Source: Armatimonadota bacterium
GTDB taxonomy: Bacteria; Armatimonadota; SYMT01
NCBI GenBank assembly: GCA_041690135.1
Contig: JAWLHY010000017.1
Span: 64,001 to 128,000, forward strand
DNA length: 64,000 nt
Reading direction: 5' to 3'
Shown one piece after another: positions 47,686 through 59,598 of the stretch. Under the pieces are notes generated by a model. That model saw nothing but the letters and a program-made list of their open reading frames with translations, was not told the DNA's origin and did not search any database. Positions within the stretch are counted from its first letter, which is position 1. Each line of letters begins with the position of its first letter. The position numbers and the translations under genes were made by a program.

Positions 47686-47763
47686 CCCCTTTCTTTAACC
47701 TACGGCCGCACTCCTTAGGCAGCCTTCCAATTGCACGCTGCGGCTGCGTCGATGAGGACTTAT

Positions 47764-50700
47764 ATGCGTCATCCTTGGTCATTACTGCGCTATGTTTTGC
47801 TGGCGCTGATCGCCGCCAGCGGGCTGTTTGCCTCTTCCTCGCCGGCGGAAGCGACCCATTTCCGCTCCGCGCATCTGAGCTGGCGTGCCACCGGCCCGGA
47901 ATCCGTGCAGTTCACCCTGACCGTAGGGCTTCGACGCTCTGCTGATCCGGACGGCAGCACCAGGTTCTATCCGGGGACGGGCCCCGGTGGGTTGCTGGCC
48001 GTAGGCGACACTTTTCAAGACACTTTTGGTCGCATTCACCTGGAGCCTCAACCGGGAGTAACCATCGGGAGACCTTTCGGCTTTTCCGGGGGATTTCGCT
48101 TCATTTGCGTGGCCGCGGACGTGGATGGCGATTACGTAGTCGCGCGTGCCCTGGATCCCGTAACGGGCAAGGACAAGATCGACTACACCTACAGCGCACC
48201 CAATAACTTTGGGCAGCCATGGGTGGCACGCGTCATCGGATTTGAGTCGCGGGACACGACGTACAACAACAACGCGTTGACCCAGTACCAGGTGGCGACG
48301 GAAGTTGATCTGACCATCAACAACACCTCTGCCGTGGCCTCTCTGCCTCCGGTCCTGCCCGTACCGAATACCGGCACCAGCTTCCTCCTTCCCGCCGCCG
48401 ATCCGGAGCAGCATCGGCTGGAGTATCGACTGGCCGACAATCGGGAGCCGATGTTCACCCAGTTTGGGGCCACATACGTTCAGCCCCCGGGTCTCACGAT
48501 CGACTCGAATACTGGTATCGTCAACATCCCACCGGGTCTAACGAACGGCCTCTGGAACGCGCACTTCATCATTGAGGAGTATGATGTCGCCGGCGCCAAG
48601 GTCGGGCAGTCCGCACTGGAGTTCACTTTCGAGGTGGCAGCGCCTCTGCCGGGGAACTCGCCGCGGTTCTTCTCCGCCCCGACTCCCGCCGACGGGGTAA
48701 TCATCAATGTTCGGCCGGGGCAACGCCTCAACTTCACGGTTTTCACGTCCGACACGGATCCCATCGTCAATCAAGGCGATGGAGTCGTTTTGAATAGCAC
48801 CGGATTGCCACTCGGTGCGCGACACCTGCCCGCGCTCCCCACCAACCGAGCGGGAGCTGGACAGTTCGTCTTCAGCCAGTTTAGTTGGACACCGACCCAG
48901 GAGGATCTCGGCGCCCACTCCATCACCTACACAGCGCGCGACGAAGACGATCACCTGACCTTCACCTCGGTGATCATCCGTGTCGTGATGCCGCACGTCA
49001 TTTTGGAACCCAACGGCGCGGAAGCTTACTTTGCTGATGAAGAGGTGAAGATCCAGTGGCGGAGAGTGGGTTTCCCCCGCGCCCAGGGCGTTCGTATCGA
49101 TCTCTCCCGGGACGGAGGGGCCACCTTCCCAGAGGTGATCGTCGCGAACACGCCGGACACGGGAGAGTTCGTCTGGACAACCAGCCTTCCGTTCAGCAAA
49201 AACTGTAGGATCCGTATTCAGAGCGTGGTCGACGCCTCCGACTTCGTGGTGAGCGAAGGCGATTTTGTGATTATCGACGGACGCGATTCCAAGGTCTGCA
49301 CGGGCACCGACCCCCTCGATATCCCCGACAACACGACGACTTGGACGGAGAGTCCCCTCCCGTTCAATCAGGACTTTATCATCCGGGGTCTCCGAATTGA
49401 TGTAGATATCACTCACCCATTCACGGGCGACCTTCACATCGAGCTGGTTCATCCCGATGGCACTACGGTGATTCTTCATCGTCAGACAGGCGAGGGGCAG
49501 GATGACCTCGTCGGTACCTTCGGAGTGGGAGCAGCCTTCATCACAACCGCAGAGCCCCTCTCGAAGTTGTATGGAAAGCACAGCCAGGGCACCTGGAAGC
49601 TCCGCATCCGCGATCTGATCTCTGGTGATGTCGGCAGGCTCAACCGGTGGTGCTTGCAGGTCATTGGCTTAACGCCAGGTACTTTCACTATTACGAGCCC
49701 GAATGGCGGTGAGCTACTGGCCGTAGGTGTTCCCTACGATGTGCGATGGTCCTCCACCAATCCCGTTGGTACGGCCCGGATCCAACTGTCTCGCGACGGT
49801 GGGGCCACCTACACGGACATCGGTGTCGCTCCGTCGGCCGCTAATTCCTTCACCTTCACGCCCAGTGGCCCCGCGACCACGCAGGCCCGAGTGCGCGTTT
49901 TCCAGGCCGACGAGCCTGTAATCGTGGATGAGAGCGACGCTGACTTCGGCATCGCCCTCCCGTTCCTTCAGGTCGACAACCCGCAGGGCGGCGATCGTGT
50001 CTCGGTCGGCAAACCAACCCGCATCCGGTGGACCGGTACTCCACAGTCCAACTCCGTCCGCATCGAGTTCAGTAAGGACAGCGGCCTCACCTGGATGTCT
50101 CTCGCCAATTCGGCACCCGACACCGGCGAGTACGAGTGGACGCCCGAGCCTCAACATGACACGACCCGAGGACGTATCCGGATTTCCGCCAACAGCGGAC
50201 CGGCTCGCGTGGGGCGGACCGACTCGGACTTCATCGTGCAGACTCCTGCGGTCGCTGTCGGTAGTCCGAACGGCGGCGAGACCTGGTATACGCGGACCAG
50301 GCAGGCGATCACCTGGCAGACCGTCGGTGTGGACGGCTTTATCCGGATCGAGGTCAGCCGCGACGGGGGCGCCAATTGGGAGACGATCATCCCCAGTACG
50401 GCGAATGATGGAGTTGAGAGCTGGACCGTGACCGGCCCCGGCACCAGCAATGCCCGTGTGCGGGTTACCTCGGTGGAGGAACCTTCGCTATTCGACGTTA
50501 GTGATGCGGTGTTCACCATCCGTCCGATGGCGATCCAGGTCACCTCACCGAACGGCGGAGAGGCATGGGGTGTGGGTACTTCGCAGACTGTCACCTGGAC
50601 CCATGACGGCGTGATTGGGAATGTCGACATTCTCGTCAGTACCAACGGTGGAGCCACCTTCTCGACCGTGGCAACCGATGTCGCAAACACCGGTACCTTC

Positions 50701-51960
50701 AGCTGGACTGTCGCTGGGCCAACGAGTAGCCAGGCTATCATCAAGGTCAAAGCGCACGACTATCCGGTGGACGATACCAGCGATGCGGTCTTCTTCCTCA
50801 TCGGTCCGGGGCTCACGGTGGTCACCCCCAACGGCGGCGAAGTGTTCCGGGTCGGCAGGGATGTCACTCTGCGCTGGGCCTCTCAAGGCGTGGGAGATTC
50901 GGTGAATATCGAACTCAGCCGGAATGGAGGCGCAACCTGGGAATCGCTCTTCACCGCCACGGCTAACGACGGCGAAGAGGTGTGGCGGGTCACGGGCCCC
51001 GACACTGGCAACGCTCGGCTCCGCATCAGCGCCGCTTCCAACTCCAGTGTGTTCGACAGCAGTGACGCGTCTTTCCAGATCGTCACGCCGCAGATCTTCG
51101 TGGGCACTCCCAATGGCGGGGAAACCTGGACGGTGGACTCCATCCAGTCCATTGAGTGGAATGCTCCCGGTGTAACGGGCTTCGTAAAGGTGGAGTTGAC
51201 CCGTAACGGCGGCCAAACCTGGGAACCGATCATTGCCAGCACGGAGAACGATGGCGCCGCGGATTGGGCGGTAACCGGACCGGGGGCCACCAACTGCCGC
51301 ATCCGGATTACATCGCTTGCCGATACCAGCGTGACGGACGAGAGTGACGGGCCGTTTGCCCTGGTAGAGCCCGCCCTGCGCCTCTCCAGCCCCCATGGGG
51401 GCCAGCACTGGCTGGTCGGGCAAACCCAGAACATCACCTGGACCAGCACGGGCATTGGAACGGACGAACTCATTGCCATTGACCTGTCACGCGACGGGGG
51501 GAGTTCCTGGACGGAACTGTTCACCACCGAGAACGACGGATCTCAACCGTGGGTTGTGACCGGTTCCGCCACTATGAGCGCGCGGGTCCGTGTGCGACTC
51601 GTGGACAGTAGCTCCGTGTCGGACAGTAGCCGGAACAACTTCCAGATCAGTGCCGCGGAACTGCATTTCACCAATCCGGTGAAGCGGGTGAAGTGGTCCG
51701 CGGGAACTCGGCAGACGATCACTTGGGCTGGAAGCGCTCTCGCAGCCGGAGGGCGGGTGGATATCCTCCTGTCCCGCAATAACGGTCGAACGTGGCAGGT
51801 GATTATCCCGGATACTGCCAATGACGGAGCTGCCACCTGGAACGTGACCACTCCCGCCAGCGCTAAAGCGCGCCTACGGATCGTCTGGAAGACGGACGAG
51901 GGCGTGCAGGCTACGTCTACGCCCTTCAACATCGTGAAGGGTAAGAAGCGACGCCGCTAG
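47764..51960 (+). CDS. Secreted multidomain protein: THFR-type N-terminal domain, cadherin/He_PIG-like domains, proprotein-convertase P-domain, 9 PNGGE Ig-like repeats, polybasic C-terminus
   Basis: Signal peptide ending AEA-THFRSAHLSW; PPGLTIDSNTG; P-domain DIPDN…DITHPFTGDL.IEL.HPDG…GTWKLRIRD…DVGRLNRW; ends IVKGKKRRR. Confidence 0.85.
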   Translation: MRHPWSLLRYVLLALIAASGLFASSSPAEATHFRSAHLSWRATGPESVQFTLTVGLRRSADPDGSTRFYPGTGPGGLLAVGDTFQDTFGRIHLEPQPGVTIGRPFGFSGGFRFICVAADVDGDYVVARALDPVTGKDKIDYTYSAPNNFGQPWVARVIGFESRDTTYNNNALTQYQVATEVDLTINNTSAVASLPPVLPVPNTGTSFLLPAADPEQHRLEYRLADNREPMFTQFGATYVQPPGLTIDSNTGIVNIPPGLTNGLWNAHFIIEEYDVAGAKVGQSALEFTFEVAAPLPGNSPRFFSAPTPADGVIINVRPGQRLNFTVFTSDTDPIVNQGDGVVLNSTGLPLGARHLPALPTNRAGAGQFVFSQFSWTPTQEDLGAHSITYTARDEDDHLTFTSVIIRVVMPHVILEPNGAEAYFADEEVKIQWRRVGFPRAQGVRIDLSRDGGATFPEVIVANTPDTGEFVWTTSLPFSKNCRIRIQSVVDASDFVVSEGDFVIIDGRDSKVCTGTDPLDIPDNTTTWTESPLPFNQDFIIRGLRIDVDITHPFTGDLHIELVHPDGTTVILHRQTGEGQDDLVGTFGVGAAFITTAEPLSKLYGKHSQGTWKLRIRDLISGDVGRLNRWCLQVIGLTPGTFTITSPNGGELLAVGVPYDVRWSSTNPVGTARIQLSRDGGATYTDIGVAPSAANSFTFTPSGPATTQARVRVFQADEPVIVDESDADFGIALPFLQVDNPQGGDRVSVGKPTRIRWTGTPQSNSVRIEFSKDSGLTWMSLANSAPDTGEYEWTPEPQHDTTRGRIRISANSGPARVGRTDSDFIVQTPAVAVGSPNGGETWYTRTRQAITWQTVGVDGFIRIEVSRDGGANWETIIPSTANDGVESWTVTGPGTSNARVRVTSVEEPSLFDVSDAVFTIRPMAIQVTSPNGGEAWGVGTSQTVTWTHDGVIGNVDILVSTNGGATFSTVATDVANTGTFSWTVAGPTSSQAIIKVKAHDYPVDDTSDAVFFLIGPGLTVVTPNGGEVFRVGRDVTLRWASQGVGDSVNIELSRNGGATWESLFTATANDGEEVWRVTGPDTGNARLRISAASNSSVFDSSDASFQIVTPQIFVGTPNGGETWTVDSIQSIEWNAPGVTGFVKVELTRNGGQTWEPIIASTENDGAADWAVTGPGATNCRIRITSLADTSVTDESDGPFALVEPALRLSSPHGGQHWLVGQTQNITWTSTGIGTDELIAIDLSRDGGSSWTELFTTENDGSQPWVVTGSATMSARVRVRLVDSSSVSDSSRNNFQISAAELHFTNPVKRVKWSAGTRQTITWAGSALAAGGRVDILLSRNNGRTWQVIIPDTANDGAATWNVTTPASAKARLRIVWKTDEGVQATSTPFNIVKGKKRRR

Positions 51961-51978
51961 CCCCAGGAGAGAGGCGAC

Positions 51979-52032
51979 ACACAACAGAACAGGGGTGGGA
52001 GATGACAGTCTCCCACCCCTGTTCTGTTGTGT
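51979..52032. terminator. Bidirectional terminator / perfect 24-bp inverted repeat
   Basis: ACACAACAGAACAGGGGTGGGAGA-TGACAG-TCTCCCACCCCTGTTCTGTTGTGT between convergent genes. Confidence 0.8.
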
Positions 52033-52059
52033 CCGGGTCCCGCTGGTCGCGAGAGGAAT

Positions 52060-54222
<2,163 letters not shown>

Positions 54223-54306
54223 TTACTCGATTGTATCTGAGCCGCCTGCTCCGGAAGGATGTGAGCGGTATCCTGGCGAAACGCCATGCCAACCGGAGGG
54301 CTGTGA

Positions 54307-55161
54307 ATGAAGCTTGGCGTAGCGGGTCTCCTGGGCGACGGGTCGCCGGAAGCAGTAAGGTGGGTGCGGGGGTTGGGTTTCTCCGTCGCCTCCTGGCATC
54401 TACGAGCGCCGGGAATGCTGGAAGATCATTCTTACCTGGACGCCGTCCGCGAAGCACTGGATGCCGCACAACTCGAGCTCTGTCAACTCCTGCCTCCCCA
54501 GTACCCCAGCCTGGTGGACCCGGACCGCAGTGTGCGACACGCGGGTGTCCGGATGCTCCGACAGGTGATCGAGGCGGCCGTGCGCCTGGGCGCCGGCAAT
54601 GTCTACATCCGCCCCGGCAGCCTTAACCCGGCCGGGCCGTGGACCCCACATCCGGAGAACCACCTTCCCGGCACCCGCGAGCGCCTGATCGAAAGTCTGC
54701 GGGATCTGGCGCCACACGCCGAAGCGGCCGGGATGCCGTTGGCCCTGGAGGGCCACGTGGTTTCTCCCCTGCACACGCCCACGGTCATACGCGATGTGCT
54801 GGATGCCGTCGGTTCTCCGCTCCTCATGTTTAACGCCGATCCGGTCAATCTGGTGGACAGTCTCGACCGCGCGTTCGACCCAACTCCACGGGTCGATGAG
54901 ATCTTCGATCGGCTGGGTGACCGGATCATCTGCGGGCATGCGAAAGACGTGACTGTCGGTGACCGATTGGTGTTGCACCTGGAAGAGTGTGTACCGGGGC
55001 AGGGCTATCTGGACCAGGCACATTTCCTGCGCCGCTTTGCGGCGGCATGCCCAGAAGGCGCGGTGCTGATCGAGCACTTGCCTGCGGAACAAGTGCCGGA
55101 AGCTCGTAGGGCGTTGCTGGAGTTCGCCGCCCGCGCGGGTCTGGAGTTTGAGGAGGGATAA
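54307..55161 (+). CDS. Sugar phosphate isomerase/epimerase (xylose-isomerase-like TIM barrel)
   Basis: LALEGH, NADPVN, HAKD, PGQG.LD, LIEH metal-binding pattern. Confidence 0.85.
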   Translation: MKLGVAGLLGDGSPEAVRWVRGLGFSVASWHLRAPGMLEDHSYLDAVREALDAAQLELCQLLPPQYPSLVDPDRSVRHAGVRMLRQVIEAAVRLGAGNVYIRPGSLNPAGPWTPHPENHLPGTRERLIESLRDLAPHAEAAGMPLALEGHVVSPLHTPTVIRDVLDAVGSPLLMFNADPVNLVDSLDRAFDPTPRVDEIFDRLGDRIICGHAKDVTVGDRLVLHLEECVPGQGYLDQAHFLRRFAAACPEGAVLIEHLPAEQVPEARRALLEFAARAGLEFEEG

Positions 55162-55162
55162 G

Positions 55163-55903
55163 ATGCGTCTTGGCGGTCGCGTGTTACTGATCACCGGCGG
55201 TGCGGCCGGGATTGGCAAAGCGGCGGCTCTGCGGGCGGCGCGCGAGGGTGCGGCGGTGAGCATTCTCGATGTCAGCCGGACCGAGGGGGAAGTAACCGTC
55301 CGGGAAATCGTGGAAGCGGGCGGCCGAGCCCGATTTTCCCCGGGCAGCGTCACCGATCCGGATATGGTGGAAAACGCTGTGCGGGACACGGTGGAAGCCT
55401 TCGGCGCCCTCCATGTCTTGATTACGGCAGCAGGCATTCTTCAGGGAGCCTACCGCCAGGTCGAAGAGTTGGATCCCGAGACCTTTGCCCGGGTGATGGA
55501 AGTCAATGTCCAGGGAACTTACCTCTCCTGCCGCTATGCCGTGCCGGCCATCGAAGCGAGCGGGGGAGGGGTTGTCCTCTGCGTTGCCTCCGGGGCGGGC
55601 GTACAGGGGCCCAGTTCCTCCCTTGTGTACGGAGCCAGTAAGGCGGCGGTGCACGGGTTCTGCCGGACGCTGGAACACCAGTTGCGCCCGCGCGGCATCC
55701 GGGTCAACGTAGTTTGCCCAGGCACGATCGACACTGCGCTGAAACGCCAGAACGTGCGGGATGGAGCGCTGGCTCGCGGCGAGGATCCGGAGCAGGCGTT
55801 GGCAGTGGCGGCCCTGGGCGATCCGGACGGCGTGGCCAGCATTCTGGCTTTTCTGGCCTCCCCGGAAGCGGACTATCTGGTGGGCACCGTCTTCACCCGT
55901 TAA
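55163..55903 (+). CDS. Short-chain dehydrogenase/reductase
   Basis: ITGGAAGIG, TAAGI, NVQG, YGASK, IRVNVVCPG. Confidence 0.92.
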   Translation: MRLGGRVLLITGGAAGIGKAAALRAAREGAAVSILDVSRTEGEVTVREIVEAGGRARFSPGSVTDPDMVENAVRDTVEAFGALHVLITAAGILQGAYRQVEELDPETFARVMEVNVQGTYLSCRYAVPAIEASGGGVVLCVASGAGVQGPSSSLVYGASKAAVHGFCRTLEHQLRPRGIRVNVVCPGTIDTALKRQNVRDGALARGEDPEQALAVAALGDPDGVASILAFLASPEADYLVGTVFTR

Positions 55904-55916
55904 GTATTGCCGAAAT

Positions 55917-55961
55917 GAGAACGGACCGGGTGGAGCACCCCACCCGGTCCGTTTTCTCTTT
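55917..55961. terminator. Intrinsic terminator
   Basis: 14-bp stem AACGGACCGGGTGG/CCACCCGGTCCGTT followed by a T-rich tail; between convergent genes. Confidence 0.75.
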
Positions 55962-55977
55962 GTGCAGGCGAAGCGGC

Positions 55978-57141
55978 TTAAAACTTCACGCTGATCTGCG
56001 TGATTGCGCTGGAGCTGCCGTCTCCTCCAGAGGTGCTGCCGATCCCACCCGTGGTGAGCGAATGCCGAAGCAACACATCCACCTTGGTGTTGCCAAAGCT
56101 ACGTCCGAAGCTCAGCCCGTAGACATCAAAATTGAACGCGTTACCCGCGGCGCCGAAACGGCTCCGCTCGTAATCGAGCCCAACCGTGAAGTGTCCGATC
56201 TGATAGTTGAGACCGCCGCGGAAGGACAGGACGCGTGCCAGCACGTCTCGGTCCTCTGCCGTGGTGGTGGCGGTAGCAAATTCAAAACCGAGGCGGTCGC
56301 TGATCGGACCACTCACCCCGTATCCCAGTGTGGTGCTGGAGCCCAACTGCGCAAACGGTGTCTCGCCGAACCGGTCCCACAGGTCGTTCTGGCGTCCGTA
56401 GAACGCCCGCAAAGTGTATTTGTTCAGCGCCAGGCTCAGTTCACCCCGATAGTTCAAAGCGTCCGTAGGGTTTTCCAGGGGCAGGTCTTGCATGCTTGTC
56501 AGCCGATCGGGACCATTCAGGTTGACCCCAAACGACAGTGGTCCGGCAGCGGCGGCCAGCCCCGGTCGAAAACCGCTCGCGTCCATCGCGGGACGTCCGA
56601 CCGCCGGCGCTGCATCCGAGAAAAGCGAGCCCGCCAGAGCACTGCGAAGCCCAAAGCTTCGGGTGGACAGCAAGGTATCGGCGGGGATTCCGCCGGCCAG
56701 GCGGCGGCTCTCCAGCGGAGTGGCTTCCTTTTCCAGTCGTGCCACCCGCTGTTCCAGGGATTCGAACTGCCGCTTCATTTCGGCGACATCCGGGCCGAGC
56801 GTGGCAATCTCTCCTGCAAACTCGTCCAGGAGGCGGCGGAAGGTGCGCAGGTCCTCGGGAAGTTGCCCGGGTTTGGTTGCGGACAAGACGCGCGGCTGCA
56901 GGCTGCGGTACATGCGCTCAACCGCCGTGGCGAATGCATATCGGGTGAGCTTGCGGCTTCCGGCGAAACTACCCACCGGAGAGCCCGTCACGTATCCATG
57001 TTTTTCCAGCCCGGCCACCGCGGCATAAGTCCAGTGGTTGGCGGCAACCTGCTGGTACGGCCGTGACGGTTCCATTGCCAGAGCACCCGTTCCAGCAAGA
57101 CAGCTTGCCGCAACAGTCGCCACCACGATCCACTTACACAT
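55978..57141 (-). CDS. SLH-domain / coiled-coil / outer-membrane beta-barrel protein (OmpM/SlpA-like architecture)
   Basis: Signal peptide; SLH YQQVAANHWTYAAV..L…G.V.G…FAG…LTRYAFA; coiled-coil; alternating beta-strands ending ITQISVKF (terminal-Phe BAM signal). Start ATG 57141. Confidence 0.8.
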   Translation of the reverse strand: MCKWIVVATVAASCLAGTGALAMEPSRPYQQVAANHWTYAAVAGLEKHGYVTGSPVGSFAGSRKLTRYAFATAVERMYRSLQPRVLSATKPGQLPEDLRTFRRLLDEFAGEIATLGPDVAEMKRQFESLEQRVARLEKEATPLESRRLAGGIPADTLLSTRSFGLRSALAGSLFSDAAPAVGRPAMDASGFRPGLAAAAGPLSFGVNLNGPDRLTSMQDLPLENPTDALNYRGELSLALNKYTLRAFYGRQNDLWDRFGETPFAQLGSSTTLGYGVSGPISDRLGFEFATATTTAEDRDVLARVLSFRGGLNYQIGHFTVGLDYERSRFGAAGNAFNFDVYGLSFGRSFGNTKVDVLLRHSLTTGGIGSTSGGDGSSSAITQISVKF

Positions 57142-57452
57142 GCCAGTGCCCCTGATCAATCCCCGGACGCGCACCCGGTCCGCATGCAAGCGGACAGGCG
57201 CCTACGTTTCTTACTTCCAATCTTATTATGCCAGTAACTGCCCGCACATTAAATCTATCGCAGGATCGATTTCGCGACCCGCCTGGCAGAAAGGGATTGG
57301 CTGCCTGTATCGCACTCCACCACCCGGACCATTCTCTTCCCCCAGATTGGACGAGCGCCGCAGCGATTCCTCCAGGTGAGATGAGTAATCAGGCGCCTGC
57401 CGAGGCTTTCGCGGTAAAACACCAGTGACAGGTGGGAATGGAGTTATACCCA

Positions 57453-57674
57453 ATGCCAGAAGACCGTACTGAAGTCAACGTGGAATCGCTGGTCACGGCC
57501 CATGCGGTATTGCATACGGTGGATCACATCCTCCGGGTCTCCAGCAGTTTGGAAGACGCGCGCGGACAGGTGGCGCGCCTGCTGGAACTGGTGCAGGACA
57601 AGGCGCGTGAGGAGCATGTGCCGGCGGCTATGCTGCGTGAAGCGGGTCGCGACATGTTAATGGATTTGCTGTAA
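57453..57674 (+). CDS. Small hypothetical helical protein
   Basis: GGAG upstream of ATG 57453; 73 aa with ordinary protein-like composition. Confidence 0.55.
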   Translation: MPEDRTEVNVESLVTAHAVLHTVDHILRVSSSLEDARGQVARLLELVQDKAREEHVPAAMLREAGRDMLMDLL

Positions 57675-57751
57675 GTCACAGAGGCGGAACGTGCCGGCCG
57701 GCGCGCGTGTCATACTACGGTAGTAGAGTCGATTTTCAGTAGAGGCCTCCT

Positions 57752-58390
57752 ATGTCAATCAGAGCTTGGGTGCTGGGCGCCGTGGTGGCGGGGCTGGCAA
57801 GCAGTCTTGCGAGTCCCGCGGACGCTCGCTTCGATATCGGCATCGGTAGTGTGCTGGGTAATACCGGCATCCACACGGGTGTCAACTACCGCCTGGGCGG
57901 CTGGAATGATCGCTTCGGCTCGCATGTCTATATAGATGCCGGCCGGTATATCAACCGGCGCAAGAAGAGCGAGCGCAAGCCGGATGAGAAACGCGACCGA
58001 AAGAACGACCGCCGGGAGGTTGAGCGAACTTCGGGCGACGTGCGCCTTTCCGTGTCGCCGGCCGCTTCGTGGGTTTACCTCAACGGGGTGCGGATCGATG
58101 CCGACGGGCGGTCGAAGCTGTTTCTGCCGCAAGGACGTCACCGTCTCGAATTCGTGCGTCCTGGATACCGGACCGAGGTGGCTGAGCTTTCCGTACAACC
58201 CGGTATCCGCTACGAAGTGGACCGCAAGTTGACTCGCCTTCAGGATGGGGAGTTGGGGGATCCACGGATCGACTCCCCGGGAGTACCGGTTTCCGTGGAG
58301 ACTGCGCTCCGAGAACTCGCCAGGCCGGAGCAAAGCGGGGACCGGGGCATGCGCCAACCGGTGGAACGGATCGAGCCCTCACGCCGCTAA
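57752..58390 (+). CDS. Secreted PEGA-domain protein
   Basis: Signal peptide ending ADA; VSPAASWVYLNG…LPQGRHRLEFVRPGY (PEGA). RBS GAGG. Confidence 0.8.
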   Translation: MSIRAWVLGAVVAGLASSLASPADARFDIGIGSVLGNTGIHTGVNYRLGGWNDRFGSHVYIDAGRYINRRKKSERKPDEKRDRKNDRREVERTSGDVRLSVSPAASWVYLNGVRIDADGRSKLFLPQGRHRLEFVRPGYRTEVAELSVQPGIRYEVDRKLTRLQDGELGDPRIDSPGVPVSVETALRELARPEQSGDRGMRQPVERIEPSRR

Positions 58391-58417
58391 TTCCTGTTCC
58401 GCGAAAAGCACCGTTTG

Positions 58418-58455
58418 CAGCGACCCCGGGTGGAGATTGCCGCCCGGGGTCGCTG
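58418..58455 (+). terminator. Hairpin after the PEGA gene
   Basis: CAGCGACCCCGGGTGG/CCGCCCGGGGTCGCTG 16-bp stem with one G-U pair. Confidence 0.55.
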
Positions 58456-58545
58456 GCATTTGGCGGCGCGGATTGCGTGAAACGTCCGCCAGCCGAGTGG
58501 GTCCCATCAGACGAACGACGGGTTACCCGGTCATTGTGAGGGCGG

Positions 58546-59508
58546 ATGATGATGCAGCGAAGGGAGTTCTTGAGATGCGGGGCGACTCTCCTCGGAGCCG
58601 CGGCCGCCGGCTTACCATGCAGATCGGCGGCTGCAAACCAGGCGAAACCGCAGGCCTCACCGCTCGACCGCATTTGCCTTTTCACGGATCATCTCGATGA
58701 TCATGGCTATACCCTTGCGGAGGTAGCCGGGATGCTCAAGCAGTTGGCAGTAACCGGTCCAGACCTCACGGTGCGAGCGGGAGGCCTGGTCCTGCCCGAG
58801 CGGGTCGGGGAAGATCTTCCCCGCGCAGTCGCGGCATTCCGGGAAGCCGGGTTGTCAGTCCCCATGATCAGCACCGGGATCACCGCGGTGGATGCCACGG
58901 CGACAGCGCTGATCTCCACGGCCGGGAAGCAGGGTATCCGGTACTTCAAGCTGGGCTACTACCATTACGATGATCCCGCCCGCTGGAAGGAGAGTATCGA
59001 AAGCGCCCGCCGGGCATTGACGCCCCTGGTGCAGTTGGCCCGGGATTGCGGGATGGTGGCGGGACTCCATAACCACGCGGGGGCCACCATTGGAGGGGCG
59101 ATCTGGGATACTGCCGAGCTCCTCCAGTCGCTGGATGCAGATTGGGTCGGCTACTATTTCGATCCCTCTCACGCGACGATCGAAGGGGGAAACCACGCCT
59201 GGAAGTTGAACTTCCAGCGAGCGGCTGAACGCTTGAAGATGGTCGCGCTCAAAGACTTCGTTTGGGAGAAGAGCGGCGGCCAGTGGCGGACCCGTTGGGT
59301 GCCGTTGGGAGAGGGCGTAGTCCGCTGGCCGGAGTTCCTACGGATGCTCGCGCGGTTGAACTTCAGTGGCCCTCTTTCCCTCCACATCGAATACGATCCT
59401 GGCGGAACGACCCGCGCGGCACGGTTCGAGAATAGCTTCGCCGCCGCCCAGCGCGACCTCGAATTCCTCGGCAAGCAATGGCAGGCGGTTCAGGCGAAGG
59501 CGGGATAA
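58546..59508 (+). CDS. Tat-exported sugar phosphate isomerase/epimerase (TIM barrel)
   Basis: QRREFL twin-arginine signal; DLTVRAGG, HNHAG, YFDPSHATIEGG, ALKDF, PLGEG, SLHIEY. Confidence 0.85.
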   Translation: MMMQRREFLRCGATLLGAAAAGLPCRSAAANQAKPQASPLDRICLFTDHLDDHGYTLAEVAGMLKQLAVTGPDLTVRAGGLVLPERVGEDLPRAVAAFREAGLSVPMISTGITAVDATATALISTAGKQGIRYFKLGYYHYDDPARWKESIESARRALTPLVQLARDCGMVAGLHNHAGATIGGAIWDTAELLQSLDADWVGYYFDPSHATIEGGNHAWKLNFQRAAERLKMVALKDFVWEKSGGQWRTRWVPLGEGVVRWPEFLRMLARLNFSGPLSLHIEYDPGGTTRAARFENSFAAAQRDLEFLGKQWQAVQAKAG

Positions 59509-59598
59509 GGCGGTTCCACCTTTCGTTTCCCTGCATCAAAGCGGCCGGTGCAGTGTCCAAGGCACCATTGCCAAGTCTTCGATCCCGCTGGTTTCCCT

